Below are positions 20,718 through 28,450 of a stretch of 64,000 nucleotides of DNA, piece by piece. The DNA is from Candidatus Latescibacterota bacterium (GTDB lineage: Bacteria; Latescibacterota; UBA2968; GCA-2709665). The stretch covers positions 2,848,001-2,912,000 of the forward strand of contig OZ242180.1 of NCBI GenBank assembly GCA_965205485.1, given 5' to 3'. Every line of letters starts with the position of its first letter. Position 1 is the first letter of the stretch. The position numbers and the translations under genes are program-made. The notes under the pieces were generated by a model. The model did not search any database. It worked only from the letters and a program-made list of their open reading frames with translations, and was not told where the DNA came from.

Positions 20718-20934
20718 CAGCCAAGTAGATAGAAGTAAATGCGCGAGTACGTTTGACGGTCCAATCACTCCCCCCTTGAGGGGGAGTCGCAGAAGCCGAG
20801 CCGTCCCCTGAGCCTGCCTGCATTGCCCGTGCTGAGCCTGTCGAAGCAAGCTTTTCGAAGTGTTGTCGAAGGCGCTGCCCTGAGCCCGTCGAAGGGTCCG
20901 GCGACGGCTGATGCGGTGGGGGGATTTCAAGGCC
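20718..20934 (+). repeat. Composite palindromic repeat, copy 1
   Basis: CCAATCACTCCCCCCTTGAGGGGGAGTCGCAGA...CTGAGCCTGTCGAAG...CGACGGCTGATGCGGTGGGGG; direct copy at 21660-21839. Confidence 0.85.
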
Positions 20935-21035
20935 TTACTGTAACCAGGCCGCGCGAAAAAAACGCGCTCCGGTGATTTTGCGCAGCAGGCTCACCGGAAG
21001 ACTCGAAAGGGACCCATCACAAGACGAGGCGAAAA

Positions 21036-21248
21036 ATGCGTTTTACGGCTGTCGTTGAGCATTGCAGGGATACCAAGTTGTATGTCGGTTACGTGCCCGG
21101 CTTTACTGGTGCCCACTCTCAGGGCGAGACATTGGATGAGTTGAACACAAACCTGAAGGAAGTGATCGAGATGCTTCTTGAGGACGGAGAACCGATTCTC
21201 GAATCGGAGTTTGTGGGAACACAGCAGATTGTAACCTCAAATGTCTAA
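21036..21248 (+). CDS. hicB: HicB family antitoxin (short form, no DNA-binding domain)
   Basis: YVGYVPGFTGAHSQGETLDELNTNLKEVIEM. Confidence 0.9.
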   Translation: MRFTAVVEHCRDTKLYVGYVPGFTGAHSQGETLDELNTNLKEVIEMLLEDGEPILESEFVGTQQIVTSNV

Positions 21249-21465
21249 AATACCGGTACTTAAGCCTCGGGAAGTGACTCGAATACTTGAATCGCTACTA
21301 TTTCGCGAAGTGCGCCAACGAGGATCGCACAAGCAGTTTCGCCATGAGGACGGAAGAGCCACAACTGTACCGTTTCACAAGGGAAGAGATATTTCGCCCA
21401 TATTGCTTCGTCGAATCGCAAGAGACATCGGGCTAACTGTCGAGGAATTTATCGGGACGAAATAA
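21241..21465 (+). CDS. hicA: HicA family toxin
   Basis: VRQRGSHKQFRH.DGR.TTVPFH.G.DI. Confidence 0.9.
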   Translation: MSKIPVLKPREVTRILESLLFREVRQRGSHKQFRHEDGRATTVPFHKGRDISPILLRRIARDIGLTVEEFIGTK

Positions 21466-21659
21466 AGTACTCCAATTGTCAGTCTCAATTGTATTCAGAT
21501 GACGAAGACGACGTTTCGTCCCCCTAGAGGCGCGTACCATTTCCCCTTGTTCTCCGTCTGTTCCTATCACCGATTCGCTCGCCAACCCGCACCCACCGCC
21601 CGCCACTGACTTGCTCGAGTTGACCTCACCTCCTAGCGCGGCATCGCTTTGCTTAGCCG

Positions 21660-21839
21660 CAGCCAAATAGATGGAAGTCAACGTGCGCGTCCGTTTAACG
21701 GCCCAATCACTCCCCCCTTGAGGGGGAGTCGCAGAGGCCGAGCCGTTCCCTTGAGATTTGCCCTGCTTGTGCTGAGCTTGTCGAAGCAAGCCTGTCGAAG
21801 GGGTCGTCGACGGCTGATGCGGTGGGGGAATTCAAGGCC
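21660..21839 (+). repeat. Composite palindromic repeat, copy 2
   Basis: Same 5' and 3' blocks as 20718-20934 with a shorter variable core. Confidence 0.85.
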
Positions 21840-22392
21840 ATACCGCCTGCAAGCATCTAGATAAAATCCGCCCGACTTCACCAAAAGGTCGTACAAGTCC
21901 CTTCAATTGTCTATCCGCCACTGATCGACCCCGCTCGATTACCTCGAACGCAACGCACCATCGAATCCTACCTCTTAGCCAACCTCTTTGCTGAACCCTA
22001 ATTCAAGATCACGACTGTGTCTTGCCACCTACCCGGCAGCACGGTTCACGAATCGTAACCACGTCCGGAAACGCCCTTCGCGCCTTTTCTGCGTGCGTAT
22101 TCGGGGTTAACCCGTCATCTCATTTCTGGGGATTATTTGAAATCAAATTCCAGCATATCGGTAAATGTAACGGAAAGGGGTGAGAAGGTTTTTTCCCTCG
22201 GCTGAGGCGACTTTAGTTTGTTGATACCAATGGAGACCGGTTATATTTTCGTGACAGGTAACAGTTGTTTTCCGTTAATAGATACGCCGAAATTAAGGCG
22301 GATCTTGCCGCCATTTGAAACGAGGTTGGCGAACAAGAACGTCCACTTTGCAGGCTATCGCGCTGTGTAATCTCCATCGGGGAGACGAAATC

Positions 22393-23430
22393 ATGAGCGA
22401 TTCCAACCAGACTAATTCACAGGACAAGGAGCCGGGAAGGGTCTTGGATTTAATCCATGAGATAGCAGAAAAATCAGTGAGCGCGGAGTTTCTCTTTAGG
22501 GGTGAGCCTAAACTTTACAATAGGGTCTCTTCGAGCCTCTACCGTGCATTTGAGAAGGAATTCGATGCCGGGAGAATTGACGTCGAGATGGTCCAAGATT
22601 CCATCCTCAAAAATTCGAGACAATTTATACGCCTACCGGATGTTGAAATTCTTCCTGAACTTCAACATTATGGCGGAAAAACGAACCTTATAGACTTTAC
22701 GTCCGATTACAACATAGCTCTCTTTTTTGCATGCGACGGCTTCTACAACGAAGATGGGAGGATGATCTTCTACAAAGTCGAAAAGACAAAAGGTCACGTT
22801 GTGTATCCTCGGAAACCGGTCAACAGGGTCATCGCGCAGAAGAGTGTTTTCGTTCGACCTCCCAAGGGTTTTGTTGAACCGGATGTCGTATTGCCTGTCC
22901 CCAAAGACCTTAAACTGACCATACTAAACTTCCTAAGGAAGTCCCATGGTATATCCACCGAGTCCGTTTACAATGACATTCATGGGTTCATCAAATATCA
23001 AGAACTTCATCAACAGGCATACACGGAGTTCTATTTGGGTCTGGATTGCTTCAACAGCGGTAATCATGATCAAGCCATATGTCATTACACCAAAGCGCTG
23101 GAATTCAACCCGCATCACGCAATTACCTATAACAACTGTGGTTTTGCTCGCTACAAAAAGGGTGACCACACAGGAGCGATCTACGACTATAACATGGCCA
23201 TACAACTAAACCCTCAGTATTCTATAGCCTTTGTCAATCGTGCTGTCGCCTGGTTAAGCATGAAAGATTGGGAAAAGGCGCGATCAGACCTGATTGCTGT
23301 AAGAGAAATGGGAGCGGATGTCATCGCGCTATTTCTTAATGATTTTGAGAGCGTTGCGGACTTCGAGCGCAAGAGTGGCGTGAAACTTCCCAAAGATATC
23401 GCATCGATGCTAACGCGCTCGTTAGATTGA
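22393..23430 (+). CDS. FRG domain + TPR protein
   Basis: FLFRGE, LQHYGGKTNLIDFT, ALFFAC, RVIAQKSVF; C-terminal TPRs; visibly lower GC than flanks. Confidence 0.85.
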   Translation: MSDSNQTNSQDKEPGRVLDLIHEIAEKSVSAEFLFRGEPKLYNRVSSSLYRAFEKEFDAGRIDVEMVQDSILKNSRQFIRLPDVEILPELQHYGGKTNLIDFTSDYNIALFFACDGFYNEDGRMIFYKVEKTKGHVVYPRKPVNRVIAQKSVFVRPPKGFVEPDVVLPVPKDLKLTILNFLRKSHGISTESVYNDIHGFIKYQELHQQAYTEFYLGLDCFNSGNHDQAICHYTKALEFNPHHAITYNNCGFARYKKGDHTGAIYDYNMAIQLNPQYSIAFVNRAVAWLSMKDWEKARSDLIAVREMGADVIALFLNDFESVADFERKSGVKLPKDIASMLTRSLD

Positions 23431-23592
23431 ATTTCCGAATATGTGCGGACCCCTCGCTCTGGATGCAAGCGAATGTTTGCCGCGGGGAGATTTGTGCGAT
23501 CTTCAAAATATCGATTTGCATTAAGTGTATTAATCCCCAGCGACATTTGTATACAAAGGAGCCACTTATCAAAACGGTCCTCAGTATCCTCG

Positions 23593-23703
23593 CGGTACTG
23601 CCGGATGGTCACGGCTCTTGGGAAAACCATTGAGATATAGAAAGAGCTCGATACACTTTATCCTGATGTCGAGAAGGATCTGGTGGAGATCCCGGCTGAA
23701 TGA
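23593..23703 (+). pseudogene. Probable remnant of the C-terminus of a type ISP/IIG-like restriction-modification (N6-methylase) gene
   Basis: RYCRMVTALGKTIEI*KELDTLYPDVEKDLVEIPAE*, with internal TAG at 23638; family resemblance is from memory only. Confidence 0.4.
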
Positions 23704-23821
23704 AAGAAAGAGAAACGTCGCACATTAACATGACCCTATACGTGGATGCACGACGCGGTGGACAGACCGACTCTGAGCGGGAGCCCACCGCGTTTTAATT
23801 TTTCGATCAATTTAAAAACAC

Positions 23822-23850
23822 TTGACACTGCGTAGTCAATTGGCTACAAT
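23822..23850 (+). promoter_or_regulatory. Promoter with internal imperfect palindrome (probable antitoxin operator)
   Basis: TTGACA-17-TACAAT; GTAGTCAATTGGCTAC overlaps the spacer and -10. Confidence 0.65.
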
Positions 23851-23924
23851 TTCATGTAAGAACTGAGTTCGCGACGTCGCGAACGCCGGGAGTCGCTGGA
23901 AAGCCTGCAAACGGGAGAAACGAG

Positions 23925-24209
23925 ATGCCAGCGAGAGAACATAAGGCCAGAGATTATCTCAAGACGCCTGAGGACGCCGCCGCCTATCTGAACGCGGCGA
24001 TAGAGGAAATGGGCGACGATCCGCGCCTGCTCATGAAGGCGTTTCGGAACGTTGCAGAGGCGCGGGGTGGCGTGTCTGCGCTTGCTCGTCAGGCCAAGCT
24101 GGATCGCGTGGCCCTTTCCCGAGCTCTGTCCGGTCGACGAAATCCGCGTCTTGATACGCTGGCGAAAGTCTCTGCCGCCTGCGGTATAAAACTTCGTTTC
24201 TCGGCGTAA
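23925..24209 (+). CDS. Addiction-module antidote protein (HigA-like HTH), orphan
   Basis: DYLKTPEDAAAYLNAA...VAEARGGVSALA...LSRALS...NPRLDTL. Confidence 0.85.
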   Translation: MPAREHKARDYLKTPEDAAAYLNAAIEEMGDDPRLLMKAFRNVAEARGGVSALARQAKLDRVALSRALSGRRNPRLDTLAKVSAACGIKLRFSA

Positions 24210-24261
24210 TTGAGGGTGCCCTGAAAAACGTCAAAGGCCTTCAGATAGTCGGAGCGGTACC

Positions 24262-24471
24262 ATGAATTATGATCCAATAGTTGAGGAAGTTCATCGGACC
24301 CGGCGGAAGCTCCTGAAGGAATGCGGAGGCGATCTCGACCGGTTGTTGGACCGCGTGAAAGCTGGAGAAAAAAACCACCGCAATCTCGTGGTCATTAATG
24401 CTCCGCTACCAGCAGAGACCTGCGTGATGAAGGAATCCCCGGTTCCCAGGGGTTCCGGGAATCACACTTAA
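24262..24471 (+). CDS. Small hypothetical protein, possibly antitoxin-like
   Basis: MNYDPIVEEVHRTRRKLLKECGGDL; GGAG RBS. Confidence 0.6.
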   Translation: MNYDPIVEEVHRTRRKLLKECGGDLDRLLDRVKAGEKNHRNLVVINAPLPAETCVMKESPVPRGSGNHT

Positions 24472-24565
24472 TCGACGGGAACGTCTGTACACTCCGCGTC
24501 GTTGTTTTGGATTCGGCCGGGAACAAGAGTCGTTCGGCGGCTGTCGTGGAAGGTTGGAGGATACG

Positions 24566-24892
24566 ATGAAAAAGCTTACAGTCCTGGTTGGAAAACAAAG
24601 AGACGGCTACGTATTCAGGCTTCAGCCATCCAGCAGGCGGATGGTAATGCCGAAGGTCGATTCACCCGGCACGGTTTCGAGTATTTTCGTCGCCTTTGAC
24701 ACGAAGCACCATTTTGAGCAAATCCACGGCCCGATTATGGAACATGTCATCACGTTGCTGACCGGCAGGTCGTCGGACGACTTGAATCAGCTGGGCGGAT
24801 TCGCGGTTGTTGACCCAGTTACCGAAGAGACACTATACGATTCGGTCGCGCAGCATGTTAAAGCCTCGGGATTGTCTCTGCACGAAGCCTGA
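24566..24892 (+). CDS. Hypothetical protein
   Basis: GGAGG RBS; 108-aa ORF, same strand as and closely spaced with its neighbours. Confidence 0.6.
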   Translation: MKKLTVLVGKQRDGYVFRLQPSSRRMVMPKVDSPGTVSSIFVAFDTKHHFEQIHGPIMEHVITLLTGRSSDDLNQLGGFAVVDPVTEETLYDSVAQHVKASGLSLHEA

Positions 24893-24931
24893 ACAGTCGG
24901 ACGCACGCCGTCAGACGCCACGGAGCATGAC

Positions 24932-26212
24932 ATGACGAAGACAGTTATTCTCGATACGCATGTTCTTTACGACATCGGCTTGAATCGCGTCGACATTAAA
25001 GACATTCGGCAACCGGGAGACCGTCTCTGTTACACTCCAATCTCGGTCATTGAGCTGGTATCTAAACTTGACGATCGGTCGTTTGACGACCGAAAAACCG
25101 CGGCCGGCGCCATTCTCCTGAATGGTATCGACGAACTTCCAGATCCGGAATCGTACCTCACAACCACTTTTGGATACAAGCTGGCAGAACCCGCTCCGTC
25201 CTATGCAGACGCCGTTTTCGCCCTGGCGGAGGGTCAAAGCCTTGACGAAGTCAGGAAGGGCGTACCTGACTACGAGAGTTTAGTCCGAAGGACCTTGAAT
25301 GTACCGTTCGCGGCGACTTGGCGCGATAAGGGCGAGCAAGAATGGGTTGATTCGCTGATTCACCTGATGGTGGAGAACATTCCCGGGTATCGCAAATGGT
25401 ATGCCACCGATTCGGACAGACGATCTTCGTCCATGCCAAAACTCCGAGGCGCCGAAAAAAAGCGCTTTCTAACGGGAATGAGGTCGAGAGAATGGTTCGC
25501 ACAGGTTATAGCCGGCTGCCAGATGCGAGCGTTTTTCAAAGCAGACACCAGGGCTCTCGGAAGGATTGCCCGGAAGAAAGTAGATGATCTGGTCGCTGCA
25601 ATTCCCAGGATAGAGTGCTATTCGCATATATATACGCAGTACCTGATTCGTCTGATGACGGAGGGGCTTCTGCCGAGGAAGAACGACAGCGGAGATATCG
25701 ACTTGTTTCTTTACTCTACTGATGATGACCACATTGTGGCCACAAACGAGATAAAATGGATTGCGCTTGCGAAAACCGCGGGTTTCACCAGGAGGATCCG
25801 CACTTACGGACACGGGGAGGTCGAACGGGAATGCGAATGCAACTGTCCGGACGAGGAGGCCGCGCGGTACCGAATCATGCGCGACGCCGCCAGATATCGA
25901 AAAATGAGCATTGAAGACTACGTAGAGACTACACTGGCCAGGGAACCGAACCGTGTAAAGGAAGATGGCGCGACGTATCGCAGAATGAGCTATGAAGAAT
26001 ACATCCAGACACGGCCGGGTGTTCGTGGGGGAAAACCCTGCTTTGAGGGTACTCGAATAACTGTGTATGACGTGTTGGATTATATGTCTGCGGGAATGTC
26101 TGACGCGGAGCTTCTGGAAGATTTCCCGGTTCTCACAAGGCAGCACCTCCGCGCTGCGCGTGATTTTTCCGAGGCGCATAGGCTTCGGCCTGAATCCGGT
26201 TCTGCAGCGTGA
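24932..26212 (+). CDS. PIN-like N-terminal domain fused to a C-terminal DUF433 antitoxin
   Basis: VILDTHVLYD, SVIEL, NDSGD, VATNE; C-terminal PGVRGGKPCFEGTRITVYDVL...LLEDFP.L. Confidence 0.75.
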   Translation: MTKTVILDTHVLYDIGLNRVDIKDIRQPGDRLCYTPISVIELVSKLDDRSFDDRKTAAGAILLNGIDELPDPESYLTTTFGYKLAEPAPSYADAVFALAEGQSLDEVRKGVPDYESLVRRTLNVPFAATWRDKGEQEWVDSLIHLMVENIPGYRKWYATDSDRRSSSMPKLRGAEKKRFLTGMRSREWFAQVIAGCQMRAFFKADTRALGRIARKKVDDLVAAIPRIECYSHIYTQYLIRLMTEGLLPRKNDSGDIDLFLYSTDDDHIVATNEIKWIALAKTAGFTRRIRTYGHGEVERECECNCPDEEAARYRIMRDAARYRKMSIEDYVETTLAREPNRVKEDGATYRRMSYEEYIQTRPGVRGGKPCFEGTRITVYDVLDYMSAGMSDAELLEDFPVLTRQHLRAARDFSEAHRLRPESGSAA

Positions 26213-26559
26213 AGCTGTTGTTCGACGAGATGCTTAGCTATCGGCTGGCGACGCGTGTTGAAGAGACCTTTCCTGGCTCGACCAGCGTCAATCGAGTCGG
26301 GCTTCAAGGCCAACCTGATATTGTCATTTGGAACTACGCAGCGGGACATGGCTTCGCAATTGTGTCAAGGGATGACGATTTCCGACAACTCAGTTTCGCC
26401 CTCGGCCATCCTCCAAAGGTCATATGGCTCGGTGGAAAAAACGCGGGGACAGGTTGGATCAAGGACGTTTTGTTGTGGAATAGATGTCGAATCGCAGGCT
26501 TCATGGGAGACGATGAGGGCTCCCTTCTCGAATTGAACCTGGATCTGCATCGACCGTGA
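26209..26559 (+). CDS. DUF5615 family PIN-like toxin
   Basis: MKLLFDEMLS...D..IW.YA...IVSRDDDF...PPKVIWL; GTGA overlap with the DUF433 gene. Confidence 0.88.
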   Translation: MKLLFDEMLSYRLATRVEETFPGSTSVNRVGLQGQPDIVIWNYAAGHGFAIVSRDDDFRQLSFALGHPPKVIWLGGKNAGTGWIKDVLLWNRCRIAGFMGDDEGSLLELNLDLHRP

Positions 26560-26643
26560 CCTGTGATGCCGCACAATACCCCTCCGCTGTATTTTCGGTT
26601 TTCCGTTTCCCTCTAACCCGAAGGCAATTGCTGAATTCTTGTC

Positions 26644-28146
26644 ATGATTTCCAGATCCAGAGGATTCGCGATGCGTTCTCCCATGCAGTTGAAAGGCAAC
26701 CGCCAATTGTTCCTGGATGACGAGGGAGTCGCGGAGGCCTTTCGAGTTTCGCGGCGATATCACTCTCCGGTCAAATACGTGGGGAATCCGCTGTTGGTCG
26801 GCAATCAATACCACGACGCGCGGGAGGGGGTGCGGTACGAGGAGGACCGGGTACCGCCGGAGGGCGGCGTTCCGAAACTCAATCCTGACCTGACGCCCAC
26901 GTCGGTGGTTCGAGGCTCTTCCGGGTTGTTTCAAATGTACTACCAGACGAAGCCCCCGGGAATCAGGGACTTCGGATACGGGGGCGGGACGCCGGTGGTG
27001 GCCTACGCGGAGTCCCATAACGGCGTTCACTGGCGGCTTCCGGCGTTGAATCGGGTTGAGATCAACGGCAGCACGGAAAATAACGTCTTGTTCGAGCCGC
27101 CGGGGAGTTTGCCGAGCGTCGTTTTCGACGATACCGATTCAGACGATGCACGCAGGTACAAGATGCTGTATTACCCCCACAACATCAGCTTTTCGCCCGA
27201 CGGCGTGTCATGGACCAACGTACAAAAAGTGCGCGTACCCAGTCGTATCGGGCATTCCGACGGGCTGAACTGTCTGGCGGGGTGGGACGGGAATATCGGA
27301 CGCTACGTGGCCTATTTTCGCCCGCAGGTCGCCCGACCCGACGAAGCGATCGATCCCGAGGGCCTCTCGATTCGTCTGATCGCCAGAAGCGAGAGTGAGG
27401 ATCTGACCGGGTGGACCGAACTCGAAACGGTACTCGCGCCGGACGGCGACGATCCGGAGGGGACGGAATTCCAGACGATCGGCGTCTTCTTTTACGAAGG
27501 AATGTACGTGGGGTTGCTGTGCGTGCACGAAGGGTTTGCCGAGGAGCGCCCCAAACGGTTTCCCTATCGGCTGCCGCACTGGCCGGCACATTCCGCGATG
27601 CTGGGCCGGTGCTACATCGAACTGGTAACGAGCCGGGACGGGATTCATTGGAACCGGTCGGAGGGTCGCGTGCCGTTTCTGGACAATACTCCAGGGGGAT
27701 TGGACTCAGGAGTGATCTGGCCAACCAACTCGCCGGTGGTTGCGGACGATGAACTCTGGTTTTACTATGGAATGGCCGTGCATGGACACGGGTTGTCCTA
27801 CACGAAACTTCCGGGGCTTGCGCGACTTCGCCGGGACGGGTTCGTGAGTCTGGCTGCAGGGGAACAGGCGGGGTGGGTGTTGACAGAGCCTGTGATCTGT
27901 CCGGGAGGCCGACTCCATGTCAATGCGGATGCAAGAGGCGGCGAGCTCGCGGCTTCCGTAATCGAAGAGGACGGATTCCACACGCCGGAATACGCCGCGG
28001 TCCGGTGCGCCACGCTGGACGGAGACGCGGTCTCCCACCGGCTGACGTGGATTGAGCGGACGGACCTGGATCCGCTGAAGGATAGGGAAATCAGGCTGAA
28101 GTTCTACCTCAGGCGGGCGGAACTCTTTTCGTACTGGTTCGCGTAG
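26644..28146 (+). CDS. Glycoside-hydrolase-like beta-propeller protein
   Basis: RQLFLDD, YAESHNGVHW, SPDGVSW, SRDGIHW, LRRDGFVSL. Confidence 0.7.
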   Translation: MISRSRGFAMRSPMQLKGNRQLFLDDEGVAEAFRVSRRYHSPVKYVGNPLLVGNQYHDAREGVRYEEDRVPPEGGVPKLNPDLTPTSVVRGSSGLFQMYYQTKPPGIRDFGYGGGTPVVAYAESHNGVHWRLPALNRVEINGSTENNVLFEPPGSLPSVVFDDTDSDDARRYKMLYYPHNISFSPDGVSWTNVQKVRVPSRIGHSDGLNCLAGWDGNIGRYVAYFRPQVARPDEAIDPEGLSIRLIARSESEDLTGWTELETVLAPDGDDPEGTEFQTIGVFFYEGMYVGLLCVHEGFAEERPKRFPYRLPHWPAHSAMLGRCYIELVTSRDGIHWNRSEGRVPFLDNTPGGLDSGVIWPTNSPVVADDELWFYYGMAVHGHGLSYTKLPGLARLRRDGFVSLAAGEQAGWVLTEPVICPGGRLHVNADARGGELAASVIEEDGFHTPEYAAVRCATLDGDAVSHRLTWIERTDLDPLKDREIRLKFYLRRAELFSYWFA

Positions 28147-28450
28147 GCGAATGCATGATTCGGTAACGGTGGAATGGAATTGCAACGGACGTTCGCGGTT
28201 GTTGACAGGGTAACTGACACGACACGGTGCGATTCGGTCGGACAGCATGCCTGGGCTGGCTGATCCGTGTCGAAGACGCGCAGGCCAAATGGCGGTCACG
28301 TTGATCATTGACTGGAATCGCACATAGTGATAAGTTTCTTTCTTGTGTCTAAACCGGGCCCCAGTTGTTTCAGTTTCCGGAGAGCACGATTCACTCGCCT
28401 CGCTGACCGGGCGGGAAAACCCATGCACGCACCCACACCAATTCATAAGG

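Noticed and set aside
20718..21839. CRISPR array
   Set aside because: Only two long composite copies, no repeat-spacer periodicity and no cas genes.
21036..26559. Integron cassette array explaining the same-strand TA genes
   Set aside because: No convincing attC sites (RYYYAAC...GTTRRRY with a hairpin) found between genes by eye; IntegronFinder would settle it.
28170..28184. Sigma54 promoter upstream of glnA (TGGAATGGAATTGCA)
   Set aside because: GG-to-GC spacing is 9 nt rather than the required 10.
28150..28450. Glutamine riboswitch or shared nitrogen-regulator box upstream of glnA
   Set aside because: Only a short hairpin (CGACACGG/CCGTGTCG) and a 6-nt GTCTAA match to the porin promoter; insufficient without a covariance search.
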